Shown piece after piece: positions 44,120-58,009 of a stretch of 64,000 nucleotides of DNA. Origin of the DNA: the human T2T-CHM13v2.0 reference genome, Homo sapiens. The stretch lies in NCBI RefSeq assembly GCF_009914755.1, contig NC_060933.1. One strand, 5' to 3'. The position numbers and the translations under genes are program-made. The notes under the pieces are model-generated. The model was not told where the DNA came from. It saw only the letters and a list, made by a program, of their open reading frames with translations, and did not search any database. Every line of letters starts with the position of its first letter. Positions within the stretch are counted from its first letter, which is position 1.

Positions 44120-44625
44120 ATGTTTTTATTATTGAATAGATGATTTCCAAACAATATTAAAAAACAATCTGTAAAGAGAAAAAAAATGTAAGTGTACACA
44201 CATACATAATTATTTCAATTTTTGCTTGTAAGATGCCAGTATTTGCCCATATGTATGCATATTTTTACAAAGCTACAATTGTATGATATATGTCATTTTT
44301 TCACTTACCATTAAATTATAAGCATTTGCTCGTGACACTACATTGTCATCATAATTATCATCGTAATGGTCGCATAATATCCTATAATGTTGATATATCA
44401 TAATTTACTATAAATTATTCCCTTATTGATGGACATTTAAGTTGTTTCATTTTGGGAGGCAATTATGCTAATGGTATAGTGATCGTCACTCAGCACTTTA
44501 TCTTTGTGTTGTATTATTTTCTTGGGATTTATTTCCAGGAAGGGGATTCCTGGGGCGAAGTGAATAAATACATGAAGGGCTCTTTCTACATATTGAGCCA
44601 TTGCTTTCCAAAAGGGTAATAATAA
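44120..44625 (-). mobile_element. L1ME/L1MC-type 3' region
   Basis: ATCATAATTTACT..TTATTGATGGACATTTAAGTTGTTTC..TTTCTTGGGATTTATTTCCAGGAAGGGGATT..ATTGCTTTCCAAAAGGGT. Confidence 0.75.
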
Positions 44626-44629
44626 TAAA

Positions 44630-44840
44630 TAAATAATAATATCAAGAAGGGACACTTAATCTGCACAGATGTTGTACTAAACTCTCAGCATTTCATTCTT
44701 TCTATGGCACTAAGTATTATGAGTCCCATTTTATATTTGAGGAAACTGAGGCACAGGGAAGTTGAATAACTGGTCCAAGTCCCTGCATTTAGTAAATAGA
44801 AAAACTGGGAAAGGAACCACAGTCTAGTCTGATATTGAAG
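44630..44840 (-). mobile_element. MIR SINE
   Basis: CCCATTTTATATTTGAGGAAACTGAGGCACAGGGAAGTTGAATAACTGGTCCAAG. Confidence 0.8.
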
Positions 44841-45632
44841 GTGGTTAATTAAGCCAGGCCCTGAAACACTCCCCTTTACTTCCTGCTGTTGACGTGGCCA
44901 TAATCTTACAGATTTTCAAGTAATTTTCCTTTGGACTCTCTTTAGCGGTTTCTCCTAGCACCAATTCACAATGAATATTTTCTCCTTTGCTTTTTCAATC
45001 CAAATAAGGAAGTCAAGGCAATTATTTACTTTCATCTACTTGTTCTGCACTCTTGTCTTTCTTTCCCTTCCCAATCCTTCATTCTCTCCCTTTCTTCATT
45101 TTATGCCTTTTCTTCTTTACTCCTTTCTGTCCTTCTTCTTTCCCTCCTCACCACAAATTTAGAGCATCCATGATGAGCTAAGTTTTGCTAGAAGCTGAAA
45201 TAGGGTCTTCATTCTCACTATATTTTGCTTAAGTTGCCATTGCATTTTTCCCCTTTCAAGTCTTTAAGCCATTGTGCCAGAATTAAGAAATGTTTTCTTC
45301 TACCTTGCATTTATATTTTGTAACTGATTTTGTGTCGTTAAAATCAAATTGATAAATTAATATTTTTCTTTATATTATAACCTACTTAAGAAGGTTTACA
45401 GAAGTAACTGTAATTTTCATCCACCTCTGACCTCTTATTTTCCCGAAAGAACATTTTCATAATATATGAGAGACTCTGACTAAGTAAATGAAGACTTTCT
45501 TCATATACCTTTTAAAAATAATCATTTGGGATAAATTAAAGCATATTTTGTTCCACAGGGATTACACGTTGTCTGAAGTATTTTTAGTATAATGGAAATC
45601 TAGTCTTATTGTTTTAAATAATTTCTATTACA

Positions 45633-45963
<331 letters not shown>

Positions 45964-47329
45964 CTATAACTTAAAAATAACTATAATGATAAAAAAAGAG
46001 ACGGGAAATTAAATAAGAGTTACAAAAAAAGAAACAAAACCCACAGAAGGAAACTGAACAAGTTGCAATATGTCCTGAAGTGGAAGAATCATTCCACACC
46101 CAGAATATTCTATTACAGGTGTTGCAAGTACACCAGGGATAAGTCTCCAAACATCCAACACATAATTCAGTGGTGAACTTTAGAACTAAGCACAGCTGAG
46201 AAATAACTTTCTAGATTGCAATGCCCATCTCTTGGGGCTTTTGCATCTCTCTGTCTTTCTCATTCTTTCCCCCTGTCACCTCTTTCCCCCTTAAGCCCCT
46301 TTCAATCTACAGCAAAATGAAACATTCAAATGCATTATTCAGTCTCAAAGAAAATGTCAGCTCTTCCCTTTCCTCTCCCTAGTTATTGTTTTCTCTGGTT
46401 TTCCTTCCAGTCACTGCTACAGACCCAAGTCTCAGAGGTTTTGCCTGCGGTATTTTGAAATAGAAAAGTTTGAAGGAAATATTTCCCTAAGCACAGCAGA
46501 GTTTAGCTGCTGAGAAGTAGAAAATCAGAGGTCTCTAATAGCGCCCTTTGGTTGTGGTTGTAATGGGGACCAAGGAAACAGGACAAAGACAAGAATTAGA
46601 TAAACCCAGCCAGACTCTTCTGAGACCCAGGTCATCCTCAGGCCCCAGGGATCCTGAGGCCAAATTATCCTTTTCAAAGAACCTCAAGAGTAGCCAAAAA
46701 TCTGGGAGATAGTTATAGAACAATCATAATGTAAATTCTGACCATTTTCTATCAGAATTGGGAGATAACTTCAAGTTTGTTTTTGCTGTTTAATTTCTCA
46801 GTGTCTCTATAGTATCTCATCTCATTCCTCCATCAGACTGTGAGTCTCCACACCCAGAACTGTTCTGGGTTTGTCTTCAAATACATGGGATGTCCTGATA
46901 AATGTTTGCTGAATGAGTTGTCTTGGGAGGCCCAGTCAGGGAAAGTCCAAGCAAAAGAACTGTGGAAATCTTTTCCCCTTTCAAAAGGGATTATGCAACC
47001 CAGCAGGCCTCATACAACAACCAGACCAATTAAGTGATAGAATTGAGTAGTTTTCAGATGCTTGAGTTAGCACGTTTTCTGCAACATTGCTTACAAAAGA
47101 AAACCAAGTTACAAAGCATATCTTCTCCATTACTGTCATTGAGGAACTGAGTAGGTATAGCTACAAAATGAACTAAATATTTTTTAAAATGAGACCTGTC
47201 TACAGACATCGGGAGAGGCCATGTAATATTTTAGGAGGAAAAAGCATTCATTGCATACAATACTTAAAATTAGCCTATTGCTCACATGCATTTGCATATC
47301 TGGAGGGATTCACTGGAGTAGCTAACACG

Positions 47330-47520
47330 TGAGAGTTTCCACCATTTGTCAGCCATTGTGCTAACGTGTCTTATTGTACTTAATCTTCACAAGTAATCCT
47401 GAGAGGCAGGTTATGAGGTTGAGTCCCAATTTTTTCACCTAAGGAAACTGAGTCTCAAGAAGTTAAGTGACTTTCCCAAAGTCACACGGGGAAAGTGGTA
47501 AAGTTGAGAAATAGACCCAG
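47330..47520 (-). mobile_element. MIR SINE
   Basis: TTAATCTTCACAAGTAATCCTGAGAGGCAGG..AAGGAAACTGAGTCTCAAGAAGTTAAGTGACTTTCCCAAAGTCACAC. Confidence 0.85.
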
Positions 47521-48237
47521 GTGGAAGGAAGGCAGAGCAGTGGGGTTCACCACTGAGTGCTGCTTCTATACAGCCTGTAAACATCATTGAAGAGCGTTCA
47601 CTTTCTGTGGTATAGGCCTTCATTTTGTTTAGTTTATTTTCACATTAAGCAAGTATTGTCTTTATCAGAAAAGTAATTTGTATTTAGAAAAAATAAAATG
47701 CAGAGGTGAAATGCTTTGGTAGGCATTTTAAGCTATCGAGCTAAGTCTTCCATGTAGGGGAAATATAATATATACATATTTATAATTTTAATGACCAGGT
47801 AAGTGAAAAAAAGGAAGGCAAGGCTAAGGTTAAAGAGGATATAGAGGCAGAGAAAGAAGTGGAAGAAAGAGGAAGAGGAGGAGGAGCAGAAAAAGCCTCC
47901 TTTGCTTTTTTATGGCTATAGAGTTCCAGGAAAGCTTAAGAGGAGCCTAAAATAATAACAACAGGAACAACACTAGTTTACACTAGCAAACTACAACTAT
48001 AATGATCATAGCATTTATTTTTAAATCCCACAAAATCTCTATTTTCTCTACTTCTTTCCTTCCCTCTTCCCATGTGCCCTTCCCCACGCCAGGTGGCATC
48101 TCTCAACCTGCTTAAAAACATACTGTGATAATGAGTTGCATTCAAGGCATAAACTAGACTTTTAGTTTTTTATATAGTTCACCAATACAAGACTTAATTG
48201 TACAATAACTGGTTTCTATTCTTTTAAAATTAAATTA

Positions 48238-48551
<314 letters not shown>

Positions 48552-50149
48552 TTAATTTAATTAGGCCACCCATCCAGCACTTTCCCTGTCCTCTTACTTT
48601 TTTCCTGTTTTTGGACAGTTTGGAAATTTTAATGCAGGACAAGAATTGACCTGTCCTACAGTTGTATCCAAGGGAAAGAAGGAAAGGAGACAATGCTAAA
48701 GATTTGTGCCAGGCAGAGAAAACAGAACTCCTAACTGGGTTCTGTGAGACCTCAAGAAAGCCCTTCCCCTCTGACCTTCAGCCTTGCCTCCTGTGCAGTG
48801 AGGCGGCAGTGCAGGTGATTGCCCTGTCACTCTAGGGCACTGAGAAGCCAAGGTCAAGGCTTAGGTTGAAATGTAAAGCAGGAACTCTGTCCTTGGACTC
48901 GACAGTCAAGAATGAGCCTGGCACCTCAGGTGACAGGAATCAGTGATGCCAGTTTAATTATCAATCCATGAGCGTATGACTTAACTTCTCTGAGCCTTCA
49001 TGAATAAAATGAGTGTCTTCATAAATGAATCTAATTGCCCTCCTTTCCAAGGGTGTTTTGAATATCAAATTGGATATTGTATGAAATACTTTCATCAGAT
49101 TGTAGGTACGAAATATCGTTGATGTTCCGCTTCTCTTTCTTCTTAATTCTTATGCCCACACCTTTTCAGTTGTTTTCTCCCTGACCCGCAGAGCTTTCCG
49201 GTTTTCATTAGAGAAAAATACCTATTACCCCCTTTAAGATTTGACATGCAGGTCAGATTTAAGAAGACTTTCACCACGAAATTCTGACCTAGGATGAATT
49301 GCATAACCTTCCCAAGACTCAGTTTCAACAGCTGCAAAGGAATATGATTGAAGAATATAAAACTGAGTCTTTTTCAATATTAAAATTATTTAATTCCACA
49401 TATTTTTGTCCCCCACTCTCTGTTTCCTCTCTCCCTGCCTTTTTTCCCCTATCTGCATCACACTTTGCTGGCAAATCAAATTCAAATCATCAGTCAGATT
49501 CAGGTGTTTACTTGCATTGCTCACAAATATAAGACTTAATTGTGCAAGAATAGGTTCTCCATATTCTGATTGAATTAGTTCTGTGTCTTCCTCTCCCTCC
49601 CCATGGCTTTCCTTCTATTTTTAGATAGACAGTCTAAAATGTCTTAATATATCAATGACATTTATAACACATGTTAATATCTAAACCGTCAATGCTCTAT
49701 TTGTAGAAATGACTGCTGATGTGATGAGATGCTTTTATTATATCAGTGACTTTTATTATAAATAGGATAAAACTCTGCACTCTCTTTTTGGAAAATTAAA
49801 GCATAATAATAAACTATTCTCTGCCCTAGTTTGTCCAAGTGTCAGCTTCCAGTACTAGGTTTTACTTTTTTTGGTGCACATTTTATAAATTGCTCTTTAC
49901 AAGTTCAGGGTGAATATGTGTCTCTTGTAATAGACGACAGCAGACTCTTCTGGGATAATGCATTGGGGAGGTAAGTGCTGACACCTGGGGATCCATTTCA
50001 TAATCTTTGTAATTTCTCAGGCTCCCTGTGGGGCCCAGTACCTCAGAACTCTGGAGGTGGCCAATGCTGTAGTCTTTATATAAAATGTATAATCCCCATC
50101 TCTGCCTCCCACATCTTGCCCGTCATTAAAATGCATTTCACAGTTACAG

Positions 50150-50390
50150 GAGCTGAAGGTTAGGATCATATGTTTTAGGAGCAGACAGGCATGGGCTGGA
50201 GTTGCTGCCGTGTGATTTGGGCAAGTCATATAACCTCTCTGAGCTGTGTTTTCTTCTATTAAAAAGTGGAAAACAAACATATCTATTGCAAAGAGATAGT
50301 GAGGATATAATGAGATGGTATATATAAAATATTTAGCACATATTAAAGATGCAAGAGTCGTGGCTTTGTCTATTTTTGTTATTATTCATA
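50150..50390 (+). mobile_element. MIR SINE
   Basis: GTGTGATTTGGGCAAGTCATATAACCTCTCTGAGCTGTGTTTTCTT..GAGGATATAATGAGAT. Confidence 0.75.
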
Positions 50391-50636
50391 AACAATATGA
50401 ATAATACTGTCTCACTCATAAACAATTTCTTTTTTACTCTACAACCTCATGCCAACCTTCTACTGCACTTATCTGATCTTGTTCATAGACTTTCTGAACA
50501 TCATTTGCCACTTTCTAACTGTCCAGCTTGTTATACCCTCTTCCAGACCAAAACCCCAACATATACATATACAACCTACAATCTAATCATACAGAATTTT
50601 ACATTCATTCTTCAAACATGCCAGGATTTTGCAAGC

Positions 50637-50782
50637 TACTATGGTCTCCATATTTGTTACCCACCCCCCGACACACACACAGACACACAAAATCAATTGT
50701 TGAAAACTAATCCCTAATGCAATAGTATTAAGAAGTGGAACCTTAGGAATTCATGCCATAGCAGCCTGAACGGACTAAGACA
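50637..50782 (+). mobile_element. Internally deleted MLT1A-type LTR (146 bp) with 5-bp TSD, inside an L2
   Basis: LTR 5' part (TACTATGGTCT..TGTTGAAAACTAATCCCTAATGCAATAGTATTAAGAAGTGG) is joined to the 3' terminus (ATAGCAGCCTGAACGGACTAAGACA). TSD CAAGC at 50632-50636 and 50783-50787. Confidence 0.82.
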
Positions 50783-52387
50783 CAAGCCTTCTTGGTTTGT
50801 CTGCTTACCTGTCTTCCTTTCTTATTTTAATTAACTCTCTAAAACCAGCTTAGATTTCACCTCCTCATCTTCAAAAACAAAGTCCTCACTTGTGTGATGT
50901 GAAGTTCATCTATCTCTCTGTCATCCCATAGATTCCTCTATTAGCTCTATCATGGCTTTTGCCAGAGTTATCAATGTAATTATGTTCTTCCCCAGACCAT
51001 GAATTTATTGAGGGCAGACATTCAATCTCATTTGCTTTTGTATTCCCAAATTTTAGCACAGAGAACATAACAGATGTGTGTTGACCAACTGATATTGGAG
51101 CATTTCTAATCTTTCCTCATAGATTATCAGTTCTTTCAGTTTGTGAATTGTTATTTACTTTTTGCTGGACTCCACTGTCTCTAGCACAACTCTTCATTTG
51201 TTCAACAAATACACTTGTGTGGCTACAATCTACTTGGACCTAACATCAATGATGAGGTATAGTGATTCACAGCATAGGAGAGGCAAAGCTTCAGTCCCTT
51301 ATCTTTATGTCAATCCTGCCTGGAACACTCAGCAAAGAAAGAAGAGTCATCTGATTGATGGGAGCAGAGGCCACATTCTCTAAGGTGTGAGATTACTATG
51401 CCTTAAATACAGCATTTCATGCTTCTCATGTACATACTTAGACAAAAAGTAGCATCCTTAGGGCAATCAAGTCTAATCTTTTGTGCTTTGCTTTCTACAC
51501 CCCATGGTAGAGTAGGTAAACTGAGTCACACTCTACTCCTCAAGCCTAGCCACGTTGTTACCCACCCTCCATTATACTTCTTTCAAGCAGCTCTCAGAAA
51601 ATCAGCAGATGTCAAGATTTATAATGGAGAGAGTGTGTGCAATAAGAGAAGTAAATTCCCTGTTTAGACCTTAAACGAAAGTCATGTGCACCAGCCCAGT
51701 CTTTACCTAGAGTGCTGTGCTGCAGTATCAGGTGCTTAGGTAATTATTAATCCTGTTGTGTTATGACTTGTTTATTTACTAGCTCCTTGGGATCCCATAG
51801 AAGCAGCAGTGATTAGCACAACAGAGATCAGGGATTCTGAGATTTCTGACCCTAACATCATCTGATACTACCAAGATTTTAACCTTTATTTCAAAGAAAT
51901 AAGTCTAAGCCCTTACCTAGTTGACTTGCTAGTCATGGAGACAGCCTTGAACACAAAAATTACATCACAGTGAACAAAGTACATAAAGAGTGATAAGAAT
52001 TAGCAATGGTGTATTCAACCAGATTATTACATGAATGATCTTAAAGAACACGTGAGTTTTCCATGCTGCTTCCTCTATAGGCTGCACTATTATGTTCCTT
52101 ATATTCCATATTTGGAAATCCCATAGGATAACAGCTATTTGTCCCATGGCCTTTAAAAGAGTTTCCATGCTCTCTAAAGGAGAAGGTGTTCAAAACTTCT
52201 CCCAGTCTCTACTTTCCACATCCCTCCAAATTTTTACAAGTTTATAAAAGCACATTGGATAATACTCATCTTCTTTCAAAAGTTTCAAAATTCTGGAAGC
52301 TCTAGCAAGTAAACTGATATCAAGAGAATGTGCAATGGTTATAAAATGGTGTAGTGTTTAGGCACAGATGGCAAAGATGAATCATAC

Positions 52388-52880
52388 TGCATTAGTTAGC
52401 TATTGCCATAATAATGATGTAATAATGAACCACCCCAAATCTCAGTGGCTGATGACAACAAGAATTTCTTTTTCTTGCCTGTGGGTTTGTGGGTGGCTCT
52501 GGAAGCTTTGTTTTAGTGTCCAGGTCCAGTGGATTCATTCCCAGGATTCAGGTTCCATTTTGGTCTACTCCATGTACCTCTGTCCTCTCCTTGAATCAGA
52601 ATTGTGAGGCATGTGTTTCTCAGGGTAAATCAAAGGAGTGCAAGTGAACAAGTCAGCATACAGAAGCACATTTTTACCTTTTCTCAAAGCATGTCTGCTA
52701 ACACTCCATTGACCAAAACAGATTACATAACCAAGCTCACTATCTATAGCATAGGACAGTACTCTTGTACACAGTAGGAGAGCACCATAAACTTGTATGA
52801 TGAAAGGTGTGATGAAAGGTACAAATGTATAATTCTGTAACAGAGAAGTGAAGATTTGGGACCAAATATCCAATGTAGCA
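52388..52880 (-). mobile_element. Old MLT1 (H/I/J-like) LTR
   Basis: ATTAGTTAGCTATTGCC..AACCACCCCAAATCTCAGTGGCT..CTGCTAACACTCCATTGACCAAAAC. Confidence 0.7.
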
Positions 52881-53179
52881 TATGTGCCTTCTGCCATTCA
52901 TTCCTCTCTACCCCTGGCATGCATCACTCCTCCTGTCATGGCACTCTTTCCTTGCTTATTTTCAATGTGCAACTGATGGAAATGCTACCCCTGGAATTAA
53001 TTATTGTTCTGGGAAATAAAAAATCTCTTTCTAGTTGTGTCACTATGAAGAAATCATTTCTTCTCACTAGGGCTCGGTTTCCTCATCTGTAAAATGAAGA
53101 AATTGGACTAGGTATTTTCTAATGTTATTTTGACTCTGACATTCTATGTTTTTGGTGATTTTTGTTCTTCAGAAGACAG

Positions 53180-53430
53180 TGTGGCACAATGATTAAGAAT
53201 TTAGGCTCTGAATCAGACTATGTGGGTTTAAAGTATCACACCTGTATTTAACTTCAGGTGAGTCACTTCCCTCTCTGGCCCTCAATGTCCCCATTTGTAA
53301 AATGAGGATATTAATAGTACCTATTCATAAAATGTTTGTAAGGATTCAATGAATTAATGCATGTAAAGTCCCTAGAGCAATGCCTATCACTTTGATATCT
53401 TGATAACTAGAATATAATAAAAGTTTACTA
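53180..53430 (+). mobile_element. MIR SINE
   Basis: CCCCATTTGTAAAATGAGGATATTAATAGTACCTA..AGGATTCAATGAATTAATGCATGTAAAG. Confidence 0.85.
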
Positions 53431-56400
53431 TTATTTCATCTCTCCCCGTCTCTCTCTCTCTCTCTAAATATATATGTATTATATCAGATACCTGTGTGTA
53501 TATGATATCTACATGTGTACATATGTACATATAATTTATATTTACATATAAACTATGCATAATATAATCTCTGGGTCTAAAGTGACTTTTCAGCTCTCAT
53601 CCCTTTCTGGCCATCAAGGAAGTGTTAAAAGTCAAGGTGGTATGCAACTATTTATTTTATATGATATGCATTATTTCTACTTACATTCTAATGACTACTA
53701 TTTAATCATTTGACAGTAACAAGCTACAAGAGTAGCTAGAATATATAGTCTGTAATTGGGTGACCATATACACTGCTAAAATTTAGGATGTCCATATACA
53801 CTGCTAAATAAGGGGAGAATAGATATTGGTGAACAATTAGCATTCTTTGCCATAAGAACTATACTCGACAGACAACAGTGTAAAGGATAGACATGGCCCC
53901 TGCCCTCATGAACATGTATGATGGACTTGGGAGATAGACCATGGACAATTATTCTTGCTGTGAATAGGGGTCAATGAAAAAGCAAGGCCCATAATAAGAC
54001 CTGAAGAATAGGTGGAGTGGGCCACATAAAAGCTGTGGACGGAGGGAGTACAGGGCATTACCAGCAAATGAGACTGCACAAGTATCTGAAAAGAATAAAT
54101 AATATGATACATTTCAAGAACTGCAAGACATTCTAAATGAAAAGACGAGGACAGAAGGTGAGGCTAGAAAAGTAAATAAAGAAAGTAGGAAACAGGGCTT
54201 ACCATATTAAATTGTGTGGGCTTTAGTCTATAGTCCATGAGCCAACATCACAGTATTTTAAGCAAGGAAATGGGGTAAATCACAGGAGGTCCACATGACA
54301 TTGAGAAAAGAAGTATTAGATGATGCATAAAGTTGGATAGTGAAGGAGGGCACTTTAAAACTGTCTTTTAGTGGGGGAATAAAATTGGAGCAGGGGAGGG
54401 AAGGGTGAACTCATAGAGAAGTTATGATGATCTAAGTTTAGCTGCTTGAGGGCGATTTGCCAGAGGCCCAGAACCCAGTTTACGGAAGCCTCGGGGCACC
54501 TGGCAGCACCTCAATTCTGCGTACTGCTGTTTCTCAAACCTGGCTGCATTCCAAAGAGCCAGGAAGGGTGAGAAAGCGGGACAGGGAGGGGAAAAAATGG
54601 CTAGGTGAACTTTTCTATCTTCCAACTAACCTCCGCCATTTGAAAAGTGAACTACTAGAGGAGCAGGGACAAGCAGAGACAGAACCCTGCTTGCATCCTG
54701 CGCAGCGGAGGAAGGAGCAGCAGCAATGCAGAGGAATTATTATGCTGCCTTGCTGGAGTCTTTAGAATAACCCCCCTAGGAGTTTAGATTGAAGTAGAGC
54801 AGTCGTAAGGCAGGCTAACCCATCCTCCACTTGAAGTGAGCTACAGCAGCCCTTCACCTAAGACAGCAAGTGGGGCAACTCTTGAAATCACTATGGCTCT
54901 TGCTTCCTTACATCTTATGCTAGGTTGGGGGACACTGTTCATGCTTCCATAAATCGCCCAAAGAATGTGTGCATCCCTGTCTTTCACTATATTTCTGCTA
55001 CTGTTTAAGAAAAATCACTCAATGGTCACCTGTGTGAGTGTGTGTCTGTCTGTGTGTTTGTATACCAGCCCTAACTTTGCAGAAGTTAGTCTTGCTTTTT
55101 CCCACCTTTCCTCTTCCTGCAGCCCCACAGGACTAGAGAGAGCCTCTTGCTCCATTCCTGAGAGGATGTGTCAACCACCAGCAGCTAAGTCCCTTTGAAG
55201 GAGTTTAGTAATATTTTACTTGCCTGGGGTTTGCTGGCCAGAAGTTTGTTTACAAGTTTTGGTGAATTGCAAAGGGGAAGTTGAGAAAAATATTCTTTAC
55301 TGGAAATCTTGTGTCCTAAGTGTAAGAGCCACTAGGACTAGCCTTTAGCGGTCATGGCATGGACTCAAGGGATAGTTCAGGTGTTAAAATGATGTGAATC
55401 AGCCCATTCATTCGTTCATTTATTTATTCTTTCCCTCAGCAACATTGAGAATCTAGCTCATACTGGACATAGGAGCAGCTGCTTGAAGACAATAAGGGAA
55501 ATGACCATGTGGTTGTTGTCTCACAGAGCTTAGAATGCAGTAAAAGTGGTCAATTTTTTAAATCATAAATAATTATTTAATTTCAATGTGGATCATGCTA
55601 AGAAAAAGGGCAAGATGCTTAATGGTTAGGAATTAGGATGAAGAAATAATATACCAAAGGGTCTCTCAGAGAAAGAGAACTGAAAGACAGTGAAAATGAG
55701 TCAAACCAGTTGGATTGGGGTGAGCACCCTGGGTCCTAAGCTATAAATAAGGCTGACAAGTTTTAGGAAGATAAAGACAGCCACTATACATAGAGCAAGG
55801 GAGCTGATGGGGCAAGTGAGCAGGACCAGACAAGCCATGTGTTTCATCTTAGAAATGGGTAAACTGAGGCCCAGAACAGGCAAGCAGGTAGCCCAATCTC
55901 ACACAGGAAATTTGACACAGACCTGATCCAACAACTCAAGCCATCCTTTTCTCTGTGTTTAAGTGGAATATAGCTTCTAATGTCCCAAACAGGAAAAAAC
56001 CTAGACTTCTGGGGAACTAAAAAAAAAACACCTCAAAAAAGAGGTTCTTTAATATATTCAGCAAACTTTTTGAATGAGCAAATTCTTTATAACCAGAAAG
56101 CCATTTTTGATAACTAAATTCCATATCCACTTTTCTTTCTTCTCCAATTTTAGCATTTTGGCAGAATATTTTATAGCCTTCTCCTATATAAGAGCCCACT
56201 GTAGATTTCAAAATTATTACTCTGTTTCAAGTCACCCTTTTTTATCTTCTCATACAATATTGTAAGAATTTTTTTCTTCTGTTATGAATATAAAAAAGGT
56301 AAATTTTCTACTTGCATGTTTATTGTTCTCTGAGGCTTCTCATGGTATATAACACAGCCCTAAGAGTTGTAAAGGACAGAAACAATTTATAAGAGATGAC

Positions 56401-56608
56401 AACAAGCAAATGAAACAAAACATTTTTTAAATGTCATATATGTTAGTTAGGTGGATAAAGAAAAGTTCCTGGAAGGTAAGTTGGAAATACATGTCAAAAT
56501 CTTAGAAAATGCACAGACTCTTTGACCTAGCGATTCTACTTCTGAGAATTTACCTTGAAGAAATAATCACAAACGTATCAAGGATCACTAGAAGCAGCAC
56601 AGTAGTAC

Positions 56609-57240
56609 AGTTACCGGAAAGGGGTCCCGATCCAGACCCCAAGAAAGGGTTCTTAGATCTCATTCAAGCAAGAATTTGGGGCAAGTCTATAGAGTAAAGT
56701 GAAAGCAAGTTTATTAGTGAAGTAAAGAAACAAAAGAATGGCTACTCCAGAGGCACAGCAGTGGTGCAGGCTGCTCAACTGATTAGACTTATAGCTATTT
56801 CTTGATTATATGCTAAACAAGGGGTGGATTATTTATGAGTTTCCTGGGAAGGGGGTGGGCAGTTCCCAGAACTGAGGGTCCCCCCCACCTTTTTAGACCA
56901 TATAGAGTAACTTCCTGATGTTGCCATGCCATTTGTAAATGGTCATGGCACTGGTGGGAGTGTCTTTTGGAAGCTAATGTATTATAATTAGCATACAGTG
57001 AGAAGTGAGGATGACAAGAGATCACTTTCATCATCTTGGTTTTGGTGGGTTTTGGCTAGTTTCTTTACCACAACCTGCTTTATCAGCAAGGTCTTGTGAC
57101 CTGTATCTTGTGCCGACCTCCTATCTCATCCTATGACTGAGAATGCCTAACCTTCTGGGAATGTGGCCCAGTGGTTCTCAGCCTCATTTTAACCAGACTG
57201 TATCGAAGATGGAGTGGCTCTGGTTCAAATGCCTCTGACT
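56609..57240 (-). mobile_element. MER41B-like ERV1 solo LTR, full length
   Basis: GTTACCGGAAAGGGGTCCCGATCCAGACCCCAAG..GTGACCTGTATCTTGTGCCGACCTCCTATCTCATCC..AAGATGGAGTGGCTCTGGTTCAAATGCCTCTGAC. Flanking 4-mers GTAC/ATAC. Sits within an old L1ME fragment. Confidence 0.9.
56841..56871. promoter_or_regulatory. Tandem STAT motifs in the MER41 LTR (TTCCTGGGAA, N4; TTCCCAGAA, N3 GAS)
   Basis: Motifs seen directly at 56841-56850 and 56863-56871; function not shown. Confidence 0.55.
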
Positions 57241-57274
57241 ATACTAGCATTATTTAAAATAAAATAAAATACAA

Positions 57275-57553
57275 TTTGGGAGGCCGAGGAAGGCAGATCA
57301 CTTGAGGTCAGGAGTTTGAGACCAGCCTGGCCAACAGGGTGAAACCACGTCTCTACTAAAAATACAAAAATTAGCTGGGTGTGGTGGAGTGTGCCTGTAA
57401 TCCCAGCTACTCGAGAGGCTGAGGCAGCAAAATCTCTTGAATCTGGGAGGCGGAGGTTGCAGTGAGCCAAGATCGCACTACTGCACTGCAGCCTGGACAA
57501 CACAGTGAGACTTTGCTCAAAAATAAATAAATTAATTAAATAAACCAAAAAAA
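57275..57553 (+). mobile_element. 5'-truncated AluS (Sz-like)
   Basis: TTTGGGAGGCCGAGG..GATCACTTGAGGTCAGGAGTTTGAGACCAGCCTGGCCAAC. Confidence 0.93.
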
Positions 57554-57749
57554 AAGGAGGAACCGAATGATCCACAGTAGGGAATGGATTACATCTATTA
57601 TAGTGCATCTTATATCTACAACGGAAATGCACACCCACACAAGCTAAGAAAATGAAACACTAGAATTATAACAGTAAGAAATATCAGGTTAGGAACATGG
57701 TGGGTGCTGAAGAAACCTTTCTAATGTGTAATAAAACACCTGCAGTTAT

Positions 57750-57880
57750 ATTCATTTGTTCATCAAATCTGTACTGAGTTCCTACTCTGTGCCAGGCATT
57801 ATTCTAGATGCTGGCAATACATCACTTAGTAGATACAGGTGTGGACGATGCCTTCAGGGAACTTACAGTCTCACCTAGGT
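57750..57880 (-). mobile_element. L2 3' end
   Basis: TTCATTTGTTCATCAAAT..TACTGAGTTCCTACTCTGTGCCAGGCATTATTCTAGATGCTGG. Confidence 0.75.
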
Positions 57881-58009
57881 AAGAGCTGTTGTATTTGACT
57901 AATAGTATTGAACACGATTTCATCTCTTCCTTTCTACTTTTTTATGTGCATTGGGAAATAGTTTTACTTCTGCAATCTAAAAAGTTCTGTAGGTAAGTAA
58001 GTATATATG

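Noticed and set aside
53764-53808. 17-bp direct repeat CCATATACACTGCTAAA (similar micro-duplications near 3212, 12313 and 28534)
   Set aside because: These are ordinary slippage duplications with no sign of function.
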